From the NCBI GenBank assembly GCA_964545365.1, contig CAZJFM010000001.1, positions 30,948 to 94,947 of the forward strand: 64,000 nucleotides of DNA. Reading direction: 5' to 3'. A model generated the notes under the pieces. The model was not told the origin of the DNA, searched no databases, and was given only the letters and a program-made list of their open reading frames with translations. Shown here piece after piece: positions 1 through 9,773 of the stretch (positions within the stretch are counted from its first letter, which is position 1; the number at the start of each line of letters is the position of its first letter). The position numbers and the translations under genes are program-made. The stretch comes from an uncultured Candidatus Competibacteraceae bacterium. GTDB lineage: Bacteria; Bacteroidota; Bacteroidia; CAIKAF01.

Positions 1-803
1 ATCGAATGATTAATGATGACCCGGATCAGGGATTTAGAGTAGCGAGCATTGCTGTTTCGACCTTTAACGATGGCACCACCTCGTTTTTTCATCATTCCAT
101 AGGTGGGTATCATGGGGCCAAGATTCGTCGTTACCAAGATTTGGTAGAGCGGAGATTGGGTGGAGATTTGAGTGTATTGGTGAGTCGATTGCAGCGCGCC
201 AAAGATATAAGGGAGCAGAACGAGGCATTTAAAGGCTTGGCAGCTTTGAATATGTTGAATACTAAATACCTGCTTTATGATAAGCAAGCAGCGCCTTTTA
301 TGAACCTTCACAGATACGGTGCGGCTTGGTTGGCAGATTCGGTAGTTATGGTTACGGATGCCGATGCAGCCATAGGCGAAGTGATGCGGAGGGAGGATTT
401 GAAGCGAGTGGCGGTGGTTGAGGAATCCTTTTCTGAAGAAGTTGGCGGATTAAGCTTTGGCAAGGATAGCCTAGGAAGTGCAGAGCTACTGACATGGGCT
501 CCGGAGGAAGTAAAGTATAAGGTAAACCAAAGCAAAGAAGGCCTGGTGGTTTTTTCTGAGATATATTACGACAAAGGTTGGAAAGCAGAGATAGACGGAA
601 TGCCGGCAAGCCCGATACGTGTAAATTATGTACTTCGCGGCTTAAAGGTACCCGCGGGGAATCATGAGGTACGCTGGTATTTTTATCCGGAGACGGTGTA
701 TAGGTCTGCGGGTTACAGTAGGATAGGTAGTATAGTATTGTGGTTGTTGGTTATTGGAGGGGTGTTGGTTTTTTGGAGGGGAGTAAGTCGCTCCAATCAA
801 TAA
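1..803 (+). CDS. C-terminal part of a large polytopic membrane protein, YfhO-like (5' end lies outside the window)
   Basis: The frame is open to the window edge. It has a long soluble segment followed by a terminal hydrophobic helix (IGSIVLWLLVIGGVLVFW), an architecture typical of YfhO-family glycan-related membrane proteins. The family call is a weak by-eye call. Confidence 0.35.
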   Translation, partial: RMINDDPDQGFRVASIAVSTFNDGTTSFFHHSIGGYHGAKIRRYQDLVERRLGGDLSVLVSRLQRAKDIREQNEAFKGLAALNMLNTKYLLYDKQAAPFMNLHRYGAAWLADSVVMVTDADAAIGEVMRREDLKRVAVVEESFSEEVGGLSFGKDSLGSAELLTWAPEEVKYKVNQSKEGLVVFSEIYYDKGWKAEIDGMPASPIRVNYVLRGLKVPAGNHEVRWYFYPETVYRSAGYSRIGSIVLWLLVIGGVLVFWRGVSRSNQ

Positions 804-2214
804 GTTTTGACTTGAAAATTACTATAGCATTGATTAATGTAAATGCAAATGTTTTAAGAGACTGTATGAGAAAAAGATTCCCTTCCATATTAATTTTACT
901 TAAGGAAATTCCAGAAATTAATATTATAGAAACAACAGATACAAGCCTAAGGCTAATAGGGCTGAAATTAAACTTCTTAAAAAGTATCCAATACTTAGCA
1001 AAATTATAGATTACCATAGAAAGGAAGGTGGCAAAGGCGCCTCCTGTCATTCCGTAGATGGGTATAAAAGAATAGTTAAAAATAATAACGCAAATTCCAA
1101 ATGAGACCACTAAAAGTGCGTTGTATTTGTACAGTTTAGAAAACGAAATAATAGTTGTATTTATACCAGAAACTAAATCTGCAACTGCTGCTAAACCAAG
1201 CCAAAAAATAACAGGGGCAGCGGAGGTATATTCTGGAATTATCAAGAAAGCAATCGGCAAGTTTATAAGGATTAAGCCAAAGAATGCTCCTCCGATAATC
1301 CCCTGGTAAACGCATGATTTTCTATACACCTGCAATACTTTTACATGGTTATTATTAGCAAAGGACTCAGAAATAAATTGATTGCTTGAAATGTTAATTA
1401 CCCTACCAGGGACAAGAATAAAAGAACCAAAAAAGGCTCCGACAGAATAGACACCAGTGGCTTGGAGACCAATAAAGAGATTTACAAAAATAAGGTCAAC
1501 TGTAGTGACTAAGTAGTTAGACACACCAGATATTAGTGAAAAAAGACTTACAGAAAACATTTCTTTTTTCAAACTAGGTTTAATTTTTTTTAAGCTAAAG
1601 GGTTTCAGGCGAAGTCCTGATTTATATGAAAGAGTCAGCCAAAGGACAGGTGTCATTAAAAAGAGGATGAAAAAGTAATTGAATATGAAGAAAGACTTTG
1701 AAATAATATTTAAAAAGAAGAGAAGGGATATTAAAAGGATTGCAAGTCTTTGATAAAAATCACGTAATGATATACCAAGTTGACTCCTTTTTTTGCATCT
1801 TCCATAGTAATCCAACATATAGAATAAGCTAAAAGAAAACGTTAGTGGGAGAACTATTAAATAGTTGAATGGAACATCCTTTGGGACTGTTTGGTCATCC
1901 AAAAAGTACCCATAAGTAAATGTATAGAGACTACTTACTACTAAAAATCCGATGAGGGAGATAGTTAATGAAAAGAGTAAGAAGCCATTTTCATTTTTTT
2001 CTTTTTCAAAATAAGGAAAGAACCTAGGGCTTAAAAAACCTAGACTAGATACAAAAGCTGCGGCCGTAGAAATTCTTACAACTAGGTTTAGGAAACCTAT
2101 TTCCTCTTTCTCTAATAAATTAGGGAGGGCAATTCCTGAAATAATAAAGCCTAAGAATACGCCACTTAAGGCATAGCCAATTCCATAAACTGATTGGCGC
2201 TTAATTGATGCCAT
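751..2214 (-). CDS. wzx: Polysaccharide (O-antigen/capsule) flippase, Wzx/MOP superfamily
   Basis: 487 aa with about 12 hydrophobic helices throughout. It sits at the edge of a sugar-biosynthesis operon, and its composition and length are typical of Wzx. Confidence 0.65.
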   Translation of the reverse strand: MASIKRQSVYGIGYALSGVFLGFIISGIALPNLLEKEEIGFLNLVVRISTAAAFVSSLGFLSPRFFPYFEKEKNENGFLLFSLTISLIGFLVVSSLYTFTYGYFLDDQTVPKDVPFNYLIVLPLTFSFSLFYMLDYYGRCKKRSQLGISLRDFYQRLAILLISLLFFLNIISKSFFIFNYFFILFLMTPVLWLTLSYKSGLRLKPFSLKKIKPSLKKEMFSVSLFSLISGVSNYLVTTVDLIFVNLFIGLQATGVYSVGAFFGSFILVPGRVINISSNQFISESFANNNHVKVLQVYRKSCVYQGIIGGAFFGLILINLPIAFLIIPEYTSAAPVIFWLGLAAVADLVSGINTTIISFSKLYKYNALLVVSFGICVIIFNYSFIPIYGMTGGAFATFLSMVIYNFAKYWILFKKFNFSPISLRLVSVVSIILISGISLSKINMEGNLFLIQSLKTFAFTLINAIVIFKSKLIDWSDLLPSKKPTPLQ

Positions 2215-2227
2215 TCAAGAAACCTTT

Positions 2228-3214
2228 TTAAAGGTAAAAGTCTCTTTGTCCAAAATGATTTCGATTTTTTTCATCTGTGTACCAATCAATAGTTTCCTTA
2301 ATTCCTTGATCAAAGGAAATCGATGGCACCCAGTCTGTAAGGAATACAAGTTTCTTGTTACATCCCAAAAGTCTCCTCACTTCACTCTTTGACGGCCTCA
2401 TTCTTTTCTGATCTTGCTTGATTTTGGCGGCAGGATTTATTTTGTTAATAAGGGCTTTAGCGATTTCTCCAATGGAAATTTCTTGACCTGTGGCAATATT
2501 AACGGTTTGCCCTACGCATTTTGCTTCTTCTGAAATTACTTTAAAACCCTCTGCCGTATCTTTTACGTATACCATGTCTCTAGTTGGACTTAAATCACCC
2601 AACTCAATAACTTCCTTTCCATTTAATAATTGTAGAATAATTGTAGGAATAATTGCACGTGGAGATTGCCTTGGTCCATAAGTGTTAAATGGTCTAACTA
2701 TGGTAATTGGAAGATCGAAAGAGAGGTTATAAGATTCTGCAAGCTTGTCAGCACCAATTTTAGAGGCAGAATAGGGGGATTGTCCTTGTAAGGGGTGTTC
2801 TTCATTAATAGGTGTGTATCGAGCTGTTCCGTAAACCTCTGATGTTGATGTTATTATAGTGTTTAGTATGTTGTTGATGCGTGCTGCTTCTAAGATATTG
2901 TATGTACCCATTAAGTTTGTCTCAATGTAGCTTTTTGAGCTTTTATAACTGTAAGGAATGCTTATTAGTGCAGCTAAATGGTATATTTTTTGGAACCCTT
3001 TTGTCTGTTTTCTAATAAACTCTCCATCTCTGACATCTCCAAACAAAATATTAGTTTCGTTAAGAACCTCTTGAGAGAGGTTTTTTAACCAACCTTCTTG
3101 GCCAAATGAATTGTATTGAACAAGCGCGGTAACCTCATATCCAGACCTGACAAGTTTTTCCGTCAAGTGGCTACCAATAAAACCCTCACTTCCTGTAATA
3201 AATACTTTTTGCAC
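2228..3214 (-). CDS. NAD-dependent sugar epimerase/dehydratase (extended SDR; 4,6-dehydratase-like)
   Basis: Rossmann motif VFITGSEGFIGSHL and a YxxxK-type catalytic region. A GTG at 3214 giving MQKVFITG is the most plausible start; the upstream ATG at 3298 would overlap the preceding gene by 112 bp. Confidence 0.75.
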   Translation of the reverse strand: MQKVFITGSEGFIGSHLTEKLVRSGYEVTALVQYNSFGQEGWLKNLSQEVLNETNILFGDVRDGEFIRKQTKGFQKIYHLAALISIPYSYKSSKSYIETNLMGTYNILEAARINNILNTIITSTSEVYGTARYTPINEEHPLQGQSPYSASKIGADKLAESYNLSFDLPITIVRPFNTYGPRQSPRAIIPTIILQLLNGKEVIELGDLSPTRDMVYVKDTAEGFKVISEEAKCVGQTVNIATGQEISIGEIAKALINKINPAAKIKQDQKRMRPSKSEVRRLLGCNKKLVFLTDWVPSISFDQGIKETIDWYTDEKNRNHFGQRDFYL

Positions 3215-4130
3215 GACTGTTGATTTGTTTGCATAAAAATAAGGAGTATTTTCTTGCACCTCGTATATTAAGATGATCAATGTCGCCAAAATAATCACTC
3301 GTGTAAGAGCTTTTTGAAGTTTGGAAATAAGAAAACCTTTGAAATGGGTTAAAAAAGCTTACCATTTCTCCTTTATACTTTTCGTATCTGTTTAAATATA
3401 TGGCATTGAAATATTGCCCCAGCTTATTATTTGGAGGCTCATGAATGAAAACAAATTTTTCCTGCTTCAGGAGTCTGTATATGATCCCGCAGAAACCTTT
3501 AAAACTTAACCAATCAAATTCTGCGTTACGATAAACGAGATATGCATTATTTTTTTCGCTATTATAAATTTTTGTTTTTGGAATAAAACCTTTGTAAATG
3601 TGACTATTTTGTTTTCCATTTTTTGGCTCATATTTAAAAAAATATGAAAAAGCTTTTCTATAACTTTTAAAATAACTAGGTAATAGCTGCGAGAATGATA
3701 CGCTTCCGTTCTGAAACATGAAAAAATGGGTTTTAGGATTCTTAAGGTGTCTGTGAATAGGAAATAATTCAAAGTTGTCGGCGCCAACTGTAAACATCTC
3801 AGGCCCAATATTTATAATTAGAGTTTCTGGCTTTAGTCGCTGTTGTAGGCTCAAATCCTTTATTAAAAGATCTATTGTTTCTGGACCAGCAGAAGGTAGG
3901 CCTAGATTGAACGATTTCATTTCTGTTAATGAGTCAAGAATTTCTGGAATTACGCCATTGTAAGTATGACTGTTACCTAGCAAAATTGTATTGTAAAACT
4001 CTTGTCTTGTTGAATATTGTTTAATTCTCTCACTATGTTCATTATTACTTAATGAATCAAATCGTGATACTATGCTAATAGGAGCAAGTCCAATAATTAA
4101 TTTAATAAAAAAGAGATATTTCTTTTTCAT
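3186..4130 (-). CDS. Secreted SGNH-like (AlgX/AlgJ-like) partner of an MBOAT O-acyltransferase
   Basis: N-terminal signal peptide (MKKKYLFFIKLIIGLAPISIVS), a GNSHT motif resembling the SGNH block I, and a position immediately downstream of an MBOAT gene, as in AlgI/AlgJ and PatA/PatB pairs. Confidence 0.35.
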   Translation of the reverse strand: MKKKYLFFIKLIIGLAPISIVSRFDSLSNNEHSERIKQYSTRQEFYNTILLGNSHTYNGVIPEILDSLTEMKSFNLGLPSAGPETIDLLIKDLSLQQRLKPETLIINIGPEMFTVGADNFELFPIHRHLKNPKTHFFMFQNGSVSFSQLLPSYFKSYRKAFSYFFKYEPKNGKQNSHIYKGFIPKTKIYNSEKNNAYLVYRNAEFDWLSFKGFCGIIYRLLKQEKFVFIHEPPNNKLGQYFNAIYLNRYEKYKGEMVSFFNPFQRFSYFQTSKSSYTSDYFGDIDHLNIRGARKYSLFLCKQINSRAKSIYYRK

Positions 4131-4135
4131 CTTTC

Positions 4136-5530
4136 TTAAAATTGGAAGTATATAAAATGTTGTTTATCTGTCGCTGAAAATAAGAAAATTAATTGTAGTC
4201 CGATAATGAATATACCAAATCGGAGAAGGTGATGGCGAATAAAAACTTTTTTAATATCCCTTTTTTGAAAAAGTGTTTCTACTATTAAGAATATGCATAG
4301 CAAGAAGAAGTATTTCGTTAAATTTTGGATATTAAAATCCACTACACTAGGTACTTTTGTGAATAAAGACTTAATTGTAAAGATGGCATCATTAAATGTA
4401 TTTGATCTAAAAAATATCCATGCTATTGACACATTTATAAATGTGAAGGTCAATCCTAAAGCCTTAGGTAGATAAAATAAAAATTTTGTAGCTTCTCTTT
4501 TAGAAAAGAAATGATAAGATATTATTAGTATGCCATGGAAAGCACCCCATATTATAAAGTTCCAGGATGCTCCGTGCCATAAACCGCTTATAATAAATAC
4601 AAGGAACAAATTTCTTAGCCATAATAACTTTGAACCCCTATTTCCTCCTAAAGGTATGTACAAGTAATCCCTAAACCAAGTACTTAATGAAATATGCCAT
4701 TTGTCCCAAAACGCCTTTATTGATGTTGCTCCATAAGGTTGCTTAAAGTTTATCATAAGCTTTATTCCTAGAATTTTAGCTATCCCAATGGCAATGTCTG
4801 AATAGCCGCTAAAATCATAGTAAATCTGAAATGTGAAAGCGATAATAGCAAATAGTGTAAAAGCGGAATTTTCTGTATTGGGGTTGTTAAAGTAATAATC
4901 AGATACAGTTGCTAAATTATCTGCGATAACCATTTTTTTAACAAAACCCCATGTTGCGATTTCTATTCCCCTGAAGGCTCTGTTTACAGAGAAGGAGTAA
5001 TTAATTCTTAACTGGTGTAAAATGTTTTGCGGTCTTTCAATTGGTCCTGCTACTAGTTGAGGGAAGAACATGACATAAAGAGCAAACCTAAGGATTGACT
5101 TTTCTGGAGAAATTCTACCGTAATAAATTTCAAAAATGTAGCTTAGAGATTGAAATACATGAAATGATAAGCCGATTGGTAATATTATATTTAGATAGCT
5201 TATTTCGGCGTTTGGAACTATGTAGTTGTAATTTGAAATAATAAAGTTGGCATATTTAAAGTAGGTGAGCAGGCCTAAATTTGTGCCTAAACTAAGAAAT
5301 AGGTACAATTTTTTTCTTTTGTTTGATTTCGTTTCATGTAAGAGTCTTCCTAAAGCGAAGTCTATAATAATTGTTGCAGCAAGAATTATAATGTATTCCG
5401 CTTTAAAAAACATATAGAAAAACGCTGAGCAACCTAATAAGAATGTCATTCTTATATTTTGCCGCAGCAAGAAATAACCTATGGTAGCAATAGGCCAAAA
5501 TATTATGAATTCTAATGAGTTGAAAATCAT
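4136..5530 (-). CDS. Membrane-bound O-acyltransferase (MBOAT; AlgI/DltB family)
   Basis: Polytopic membrane protein with the MBOAT signature around the conserved His (WHISLSTWFRDYLYIPLGGNRGS). The likely start MIFNSLEFIIFWP at 5530 overlaps the stop of the upstream gene. Confidence 0.8.
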   Translation of the reverse strand: MIFNSLEFIIFWPIATIGYFLLRQNIRMTFLLGCSAFFYMFFKAEYIIILAATIIIDFALGRLLHETKSNKRKKLYLFLSLGTNLGLLTYFKYANFIISNYNYIVPNAEISYLNIILPIGLSFHVFQSLSYIFEIYYGRISPEKSILRFALYVMFFPQLVAGPIERPQNILHQLRINYSFSVNRAFRGIEIATWGFVKKMVIADNLATVSDYYFNNPNTENSAFTLFAIIAFTFQIYYDFSGYSDIAIGIAKILGIKLMINFKQPYGATSIKAFWDKWHISLSTWFRDYLYIPLGGNRGSKLLWLRNLFLVFIISGLWHGASWNFIIWGAFHGILIISYHFFSKREATKFLFYLPKALGLTFTFINVSIAWIFFRSNTFNDAIFTIKSLFTKVPSVVDFNIQNLTKYFFLLCIFLIVETLFQKRDIKKVFIRHHLLRFGIFIIGLQLIFLFSATDKQHFIYFQF

Positions 5531-6477
5531 TAAGACCCGTTTCTTAGCATTGTGCAAACCTGCAAAAGATTCTTTTGATTTTCAATAGTTGCTAAATGTT
5601 TATTTAATTGGTTGGAGTCAAAAAAAGCCTGAATCATATTAAATAGACCTGGTTTAAGGCTTTTTGGCTCTTGATATTTTTCGGGGATTTCAATAGTTTC
5701 TTTTGTTAAACATTCCCTAATCTGTGATTGCAAAGTTTCAATTGGGCTTAGATGCCATGATCCTCCATCGTACTTTATTTCTATAGACCATCTTCCTGCG
5801 CTTCTCCAGTCAGAGTTAAAAACAAAAGGGGTATCTTTTTCAGTTTTACCAGAGCCGGTGAAACCTACAGGGTTGTGCCAACTATAATGACCCGAGGTAT
5901 ATGCTTTGAGTTCCTTTGGATAGCCGATTAAAAAAAATACTAAATCTAAAATATGAGACGAATTTGCTTCTAACCAATTTGCTAATATGAATTTAGAACT
6001 CTGTGCAGCAAGAACACGAGAACTCCATTCTGTAAAATCAAATGAGCAACTTATTATTCCGTTGTTATTGATTAATTCTTTAGTGTATAGGGCGCTAGGT
6101 AAAAATCGTCTGTTGTAGGCAACAAATATCCTATCTGGATACGTAAGTTTTCCGATAGATGAAATATTAAGTATTGCAGGTTTCTCTGCCAATATTTTTA
6201 TTTTAGAATTCAAAGCTTTATCTAATAATATTAGATGACTTTCTATTTTGTCAACTGGTGTTGCTAAAATTAAGTGTGTGTGGGTGTTTAGAACGTCAAT
6301 ATATTGTTCAAATCCTCCAGAGCTTACCTTGACCTTAAACTCGTTGGAAATGTTTTCACAATTTTGAGAGCTATTCCCAAATACCTCAATAGTACAATTT
6401 GGGTAAGCGTATAAAATTGCTTTTATGTACTCTTTTGTCATTCTACCTGCTCCAATGATAGCTACTTTCATAATCAT
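5530..6477 (-). CDS. Gfo/Idh/MocA-family NAD(P)-dependent sugar oxidoreductase (paralog 1)
   Basis: N-terminal Rossmann motif IIGAGRM and the family EKP motif (ILAEKPAIL). Confidence 0.7.
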   Translation of the reverse strand: MIMKVAIIGAGRMTKEYIKAILYAYPNCTIEVFGNSSQNCENISNEFKVKVSSGGFEQYIDVLNTHTHLILATPVDKIESHLILLDKALNSKIKILAEKPAILNISSIGKLTYPDRIFVAYNRRFLPSALYTKELINNNGIISCSFDFTEWSSRVLAAQSSKFILANWLEANSSHILDLVFFLIGYPKELKAYTSGHYSWHNPVGFTGSGKTEKDTPFVFNSDWRSAGRWSIEIKYDGGSWHLSPIETLQSQIRECLTKETIEIPEKYQEPKSLKPGLFNMIQAFFDSNQLNKHLATIENQKNLLQVCTMLRNGS

Positions 6478-7457
6478 GTTATTTTTAAGGTCAGGTTAGG
6501 ATTACAAGACAAAAATGTGTCCGTAAAAACCTCAATTAGGGCAGTATGTTGTTTTAATGATTCACCTAATGTCGGCAATGAGTTTATTGTTTTATAATCT
6601 TTGAACTCTTTCCAATAATTTGATGTTAATGTACTTTGATAGGGCAGTGTTATATTTTTGGGAATTAAATTTGCTAAATAGGATTCTTTTTTTGATAATA
6701 ACTTAACTTTTTTAGTTGTTTCATTAATTTCCATGACAAAAGTACCGTAGTCTAGATGGATGAGTAGGTTGCAAGATTCCTCCTTACTTATAAACTTGAA
6801 GTTTGTACTACCAACAAAGCCCTGAATCCATCCGGTGGCCTCGTAGAAACCTTCTCTTTTTATTGATTTGAACCAATTTAGATTAGCATCAGCAACTAAC
6901 ACCTTATCATCGATACCATTGTTTGCAAGAAAGCAGATGAGATCTAAAAAGTGTATAGAGTTACTTGCCATGTTCCAATTAGAACCTGTTACCAGGACTT
7001 TTTTCAAAGAATATTCGGTTGTTAGATACTTTAATTTCTTGTAAATAGGATAAGCTCTTCTTGGTGTATTAACAAAAGCATTGGTATTATTACTAATCGT
7101 TTGCCACTCTGTGATGTTGTCTAAAGAGTCGAAAAGCAGTTTTTCAATTATAATTACATCCGGCGAAGTTTTTCTTATTAGTTCCTGACAGGTTTTCAAC
7201 CTGCTTGTAGAATCTGTTGCGATTATTGCAAAATCAATAAAAACGGTTGGAATAGATTGTAATGGTATGACTGAAAATGACTCATTGGGATTTTCAGATT
7301 CTAATAGTTCTGAAACCTTTTCAGCTCTTTGAATATCGAGATCTATTAAATAGAGTGTGCTACATGTATTAAGTAGGGATTGAGCATGTCGATAACCCAT
7401 ATTCCCAGCTCCTACTATACAGATACTAGTTGTTTTATCTGATTGAATATCCTCCAT
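6474..7457 (-). CDS. Gfo/Idh/MocA-like oxidoreductase (paralog 2, divergent)
   Basis: Rossmann motif ICIVGAGNMGYRHAQ and an EK(L) motif (IIIEKLLFD). It overlaps the neighbours on both sides by 4-23 bp. Confidence 0.55.
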   Translation of the reverse strand: MEDIQSDKTTSICIVGAGNMGYRHAQSLLNTCSTLYLIDLDIQRAEKVSELLESENPNESFSVIPLQSIPTVFIDFAIIATDSTSRLKTCQELIRKTSPDVIIIEKLLFDSLDNITEWQTISNNTNAFVNTPRRAYPIYKKLKYLTTEYSLKKVLVTGSNWNMASNSIHFLDLICFLANNGIDDKVLVADANLNWFKSIKREGFYEATGWIQGFVGSTNFKFISKEESCNLLIHLDYGTFVMEINETTKKVKLLSKKESYLANLIPKNITLPYQSTLTSNYWKEFKDYKTINSLPTLGESLKQHTALIEVFTDTFLSCNPNLTLKIT

Positions 7458-8181
7458 CCACTATTAAATTATGTCCTGTTATATAACTGCTTTCTTCTGA
7501 TAGTAAGAATATTGCAGGGGCAGCTGCTTCATATGGAGTAGCTAACCTGCCTAAGGGTGTTATATTAGAGTAGCGTGCCACAAATTTAGGATTTTGCTTA
7601 TCCAAAACACCGCCGGGGCTTACGCAATTAAATCGAATATTTTTCTGCCCATAAATGGATGCTAAATATTTTGTAGCGTTTATAATCCCCGCCTTGATTG
7701 GAGCATATGGAAATGGAACACCCATATTTAGGTCATTATACAAGTTGGGGTTTGGACCAAGAAATCCATAAATAGAGCTATAATTTACCAAAGAAGCCTT
7801 TTGTTTCTTATTCGAAAAATAATCACCAAAAATTTTTGATATCCACGTGTAGCTATTGAGATGAAGGTTAAGGTTCTCAGAAAAAGAACCGTAGGAAATA
7901 TCTGAAAGCGAAGCTCCCCAATCTTTAGTTCTTGGATAGCTACAATTTACTACACCAGCAAGCTTAACTTCTGAAAAGTTTGTATGCAGGAAATCCTCAA
8001 AATTTTGGAATTGGGTTATGTCAAAAACTATTGAATGTAAGTTGGGATGGGTAATAGCGCTTATTTCCAAATCTATACAAATTACAGAATGGTTCTTTGA
8101 AAGAAGAATATTGGTGATTTCTTTCCCGATTAGGCCATTTCCTCCAATTACTGCAAAAGTTGATGTGTTAGATTTCTCCAT
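7435..8181 (-). CDS. Short-chain dehydrogenase/reductase (SDR)
   Basis: TGxxxGxG-type motif (AVIGGNGLIGKEI) and a length and C-terminal region typical of classical SDRs. Confidence 0.7.
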   Translation of the reverse strand: MEKSNTSTFAVIGGNGLIGKEITNILLSKNHSVICIDLEISAITHPNLHSIVFDITQFQNFEDFLHTNFSEVKLAGVVNCSYPRTKDWGASLSDISYGSFSENLNLHLNSYTWISKIFGDYFSNKKQKASLVNYSSIYGFLGPNPNLYNDLNMGVPFPYAPIKAGIINATKYLASIYGQKNIRFNCVSPGGVLDKQNPKFVARYSNITPLGRLATPYEAAAPAIFLLSEESSYITGHNLIVDGGYSIR

Positions 8182-9055
8182 TGCAAACCTTTAAAACCTT
8201 TATGCCGTCAAAAATAGTATTATTTGACTTCTGTTTTTTTGTAATAATATTTAGAAAGGTTGTCCATTGGCTAACATAAGTATCATTTATTGTTTCATTG
8301 AAAACTTCTATAAGAGTATCATTTAACTCTAATTGACCAGTTAATAAGTTAGCCTTTATTTGCCCTTTAGTACCCAAAAGCTTCAATTCCCTTTTATTTG
8401 TTTTGCTAAGGTAGCTTAAATTAATATTGACAGTCATTTTGTCGTGGTATAATAGATGATAAGAGGCAGTTTCAAACGAGTTAATTTCTAGCTCACCCCA
8501 GTTTTCTAACGATGACATTACTTTGCAAGGCATTCCAAATAGGAAATAAGCTAGGTCTATTTCATGTATCAGGTCTAAATGGACTCCACCACCTTTATTG
8601 CTATTGGCTGAATATGATTCCTTAAAATTTCCACTTCTCCATTCTGGTAAATAACTAAGACACTCGAAATGCGCAGACCAAATCTTACCAATAACCCCTG
8701 ACTCCAGAAACTCTTTCAACTTTTGTATTATTTGAAGGTATCGAAGGTTACAACCCATCAATGTGTTGATGTTTTGTAAACATTTTATTTGTTTGCGTGT
8801 GAAATTTGGAACGGTGTGGGAAACTGGCTTTTCAATAAATAAGTTATTACTTAAATGAAGGTTATCAAGGATATGTTTGGTATGGAGGTAGGTGGGGGAA
8901 CAAATTAAAACAGCATCATAAAAGTCTGTTTGACTTATCTGTTCCTTTTCACTCCTTGAGTCAATAATTTCAAAGGAAATTTTGGGATTTAAGCTTTTAA
9001 GTATTTCCATATGCTTTCGGGCTATCGACCCGTTTCCAATTGATTTAAACTTCAT
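8168..9055 (-). CDS. Gfo/Idh/MocA-family oxidoreductase (paralog 3)
   Basis: N-terminal dinucleotide-binding region and the EKP motif (FIEKPVSH). Confidence 0.7.
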   Translation of the reverse strand: MKFKSIGNGSIARKHMEILKSLNPKISFEIIDSRSEKEQISQTDFYDAVLICSPTYLHTKHILDNLHLSNNLFIEKPVSHTVPNFTRKQIKCLQNINTLMGCNLRYLQIIQKLKEFLESGVIGKIWSAHFECLSYLPEWRSGNFKESYSANSNKGGGVHLDLIHEIDLAYFLFGMPCKVMSSLENWGELEINSFETASYHLLYHDKMTVNINLSYLSKTNKRELKLLGTKGQIKANLLTGQLELNDTLIEVFNETINDTYVSQWTTFLNIITKKQKSNNTIFDGIKVLKVCNGEI

Positions 9056-9767
9056 ACCTTTTTTCTAGCTTAAATTTTACATAGAGATAATCTTCAATTG
9101 AGTCAATGTCAATGCATTTAGTTTTTTGGACTTTAATCGAAAAATTTGCATCGGTAACTTTTCTGTAGCCCATTTCAAAGAATTTTTTTCTGTATATATA
9201 AAATGCTGCGCTCAATTCATATACATTGGGAGCATCTTGTCGCCGTAAATAGCCATCTGAATCTTTGCAAATTTTGTAAGTGTTTTCTGGCCCCTTCTCA
9301 ACCATATTAAAATATGGGTTTTTAGTTGCGTGATTTACGCTCATAATTAGATCAAGGGATTTATCAGAGTCCAAAAGGTTTAAGGCGGATATTATATCTT
9401 CAACCTCGCGTTCAGGTGCAGTAACATCAAGGTCAATAACTGTATCGAAGATTAAGTTAGATTCTGCCTCACAGTATTGAATTAGATCATTTATTGCTTC
9501 AATTTTGCCTGACTGGTCGGAGGCTAGTTTTTGAGGCCTTGATCTCAGGAAATCTACACTACCATTGCCTTTATTTAGTATTTTGTCGTAGTCACTAGAA
9601 AGGCCAATTAACACGTTAATTTTAGAGGTTTTTATTCTTTGGGCTAACTCTTTAGCATGATTTATCGTAATAACAACTAATGGCTTTTCATTGATAAGTA
9701 GTAAATTTTTATTGGGAATACCCTTGGACCCTCCTCGAGCACAAATAGTTATTAATATATTTCTCAT
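9045..9767 (-). CDS. CMP-nonulosonic acid synthetase (acylneuraminate cytidylyltransferase family; NeuA/LegF/PseF-like)
   Basis: N-terminal ICARGGSKGIPNKNL motif, characteristic of CMP-NeuAc/CMP-KDO-type cytidylyltransferases. Confidence 0.8.
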   Translation of the reverse strand: MRNILITICARGGSKGIPNKNLLLINEKPLVVITINHAKELAQRIKTSKINVLIGLSSDYDKILNKGNGSVDFLRSRPQKLASDQSGKIEAINDLIQYCEAESNLIFDTVIDLDVTAPEREVEDIISALNLLDSDKSLDLIMSVNHATKNPYFNMVEKGPENTYKICKDSDGYLRRQDAPNVYELSAAFYIYRKKFFEMGYRKVTDANFSIKVQKTKCIDIDSIEDYLYVKFKLEKRYEV

Positions 9768-9773
9768 AATAAG

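Noticed and set aside
751-803. 53-bp convergent overlap between the 3' ends of the YfhO-like gene and the flippase gene
   Set aside because: It is probably an artefact of an uncertain C-terminal end of one gene, without clear biological meaning. It is noted only as a boundary-uncertainty issue.
3506-3963. Two small ORFs (both strands) inside the SGNH-like gene
   Set aside because: Both are embedded in a longer ORF that has a signal peptide and a coherent operon context. They are AT-rich low-complexity translations.
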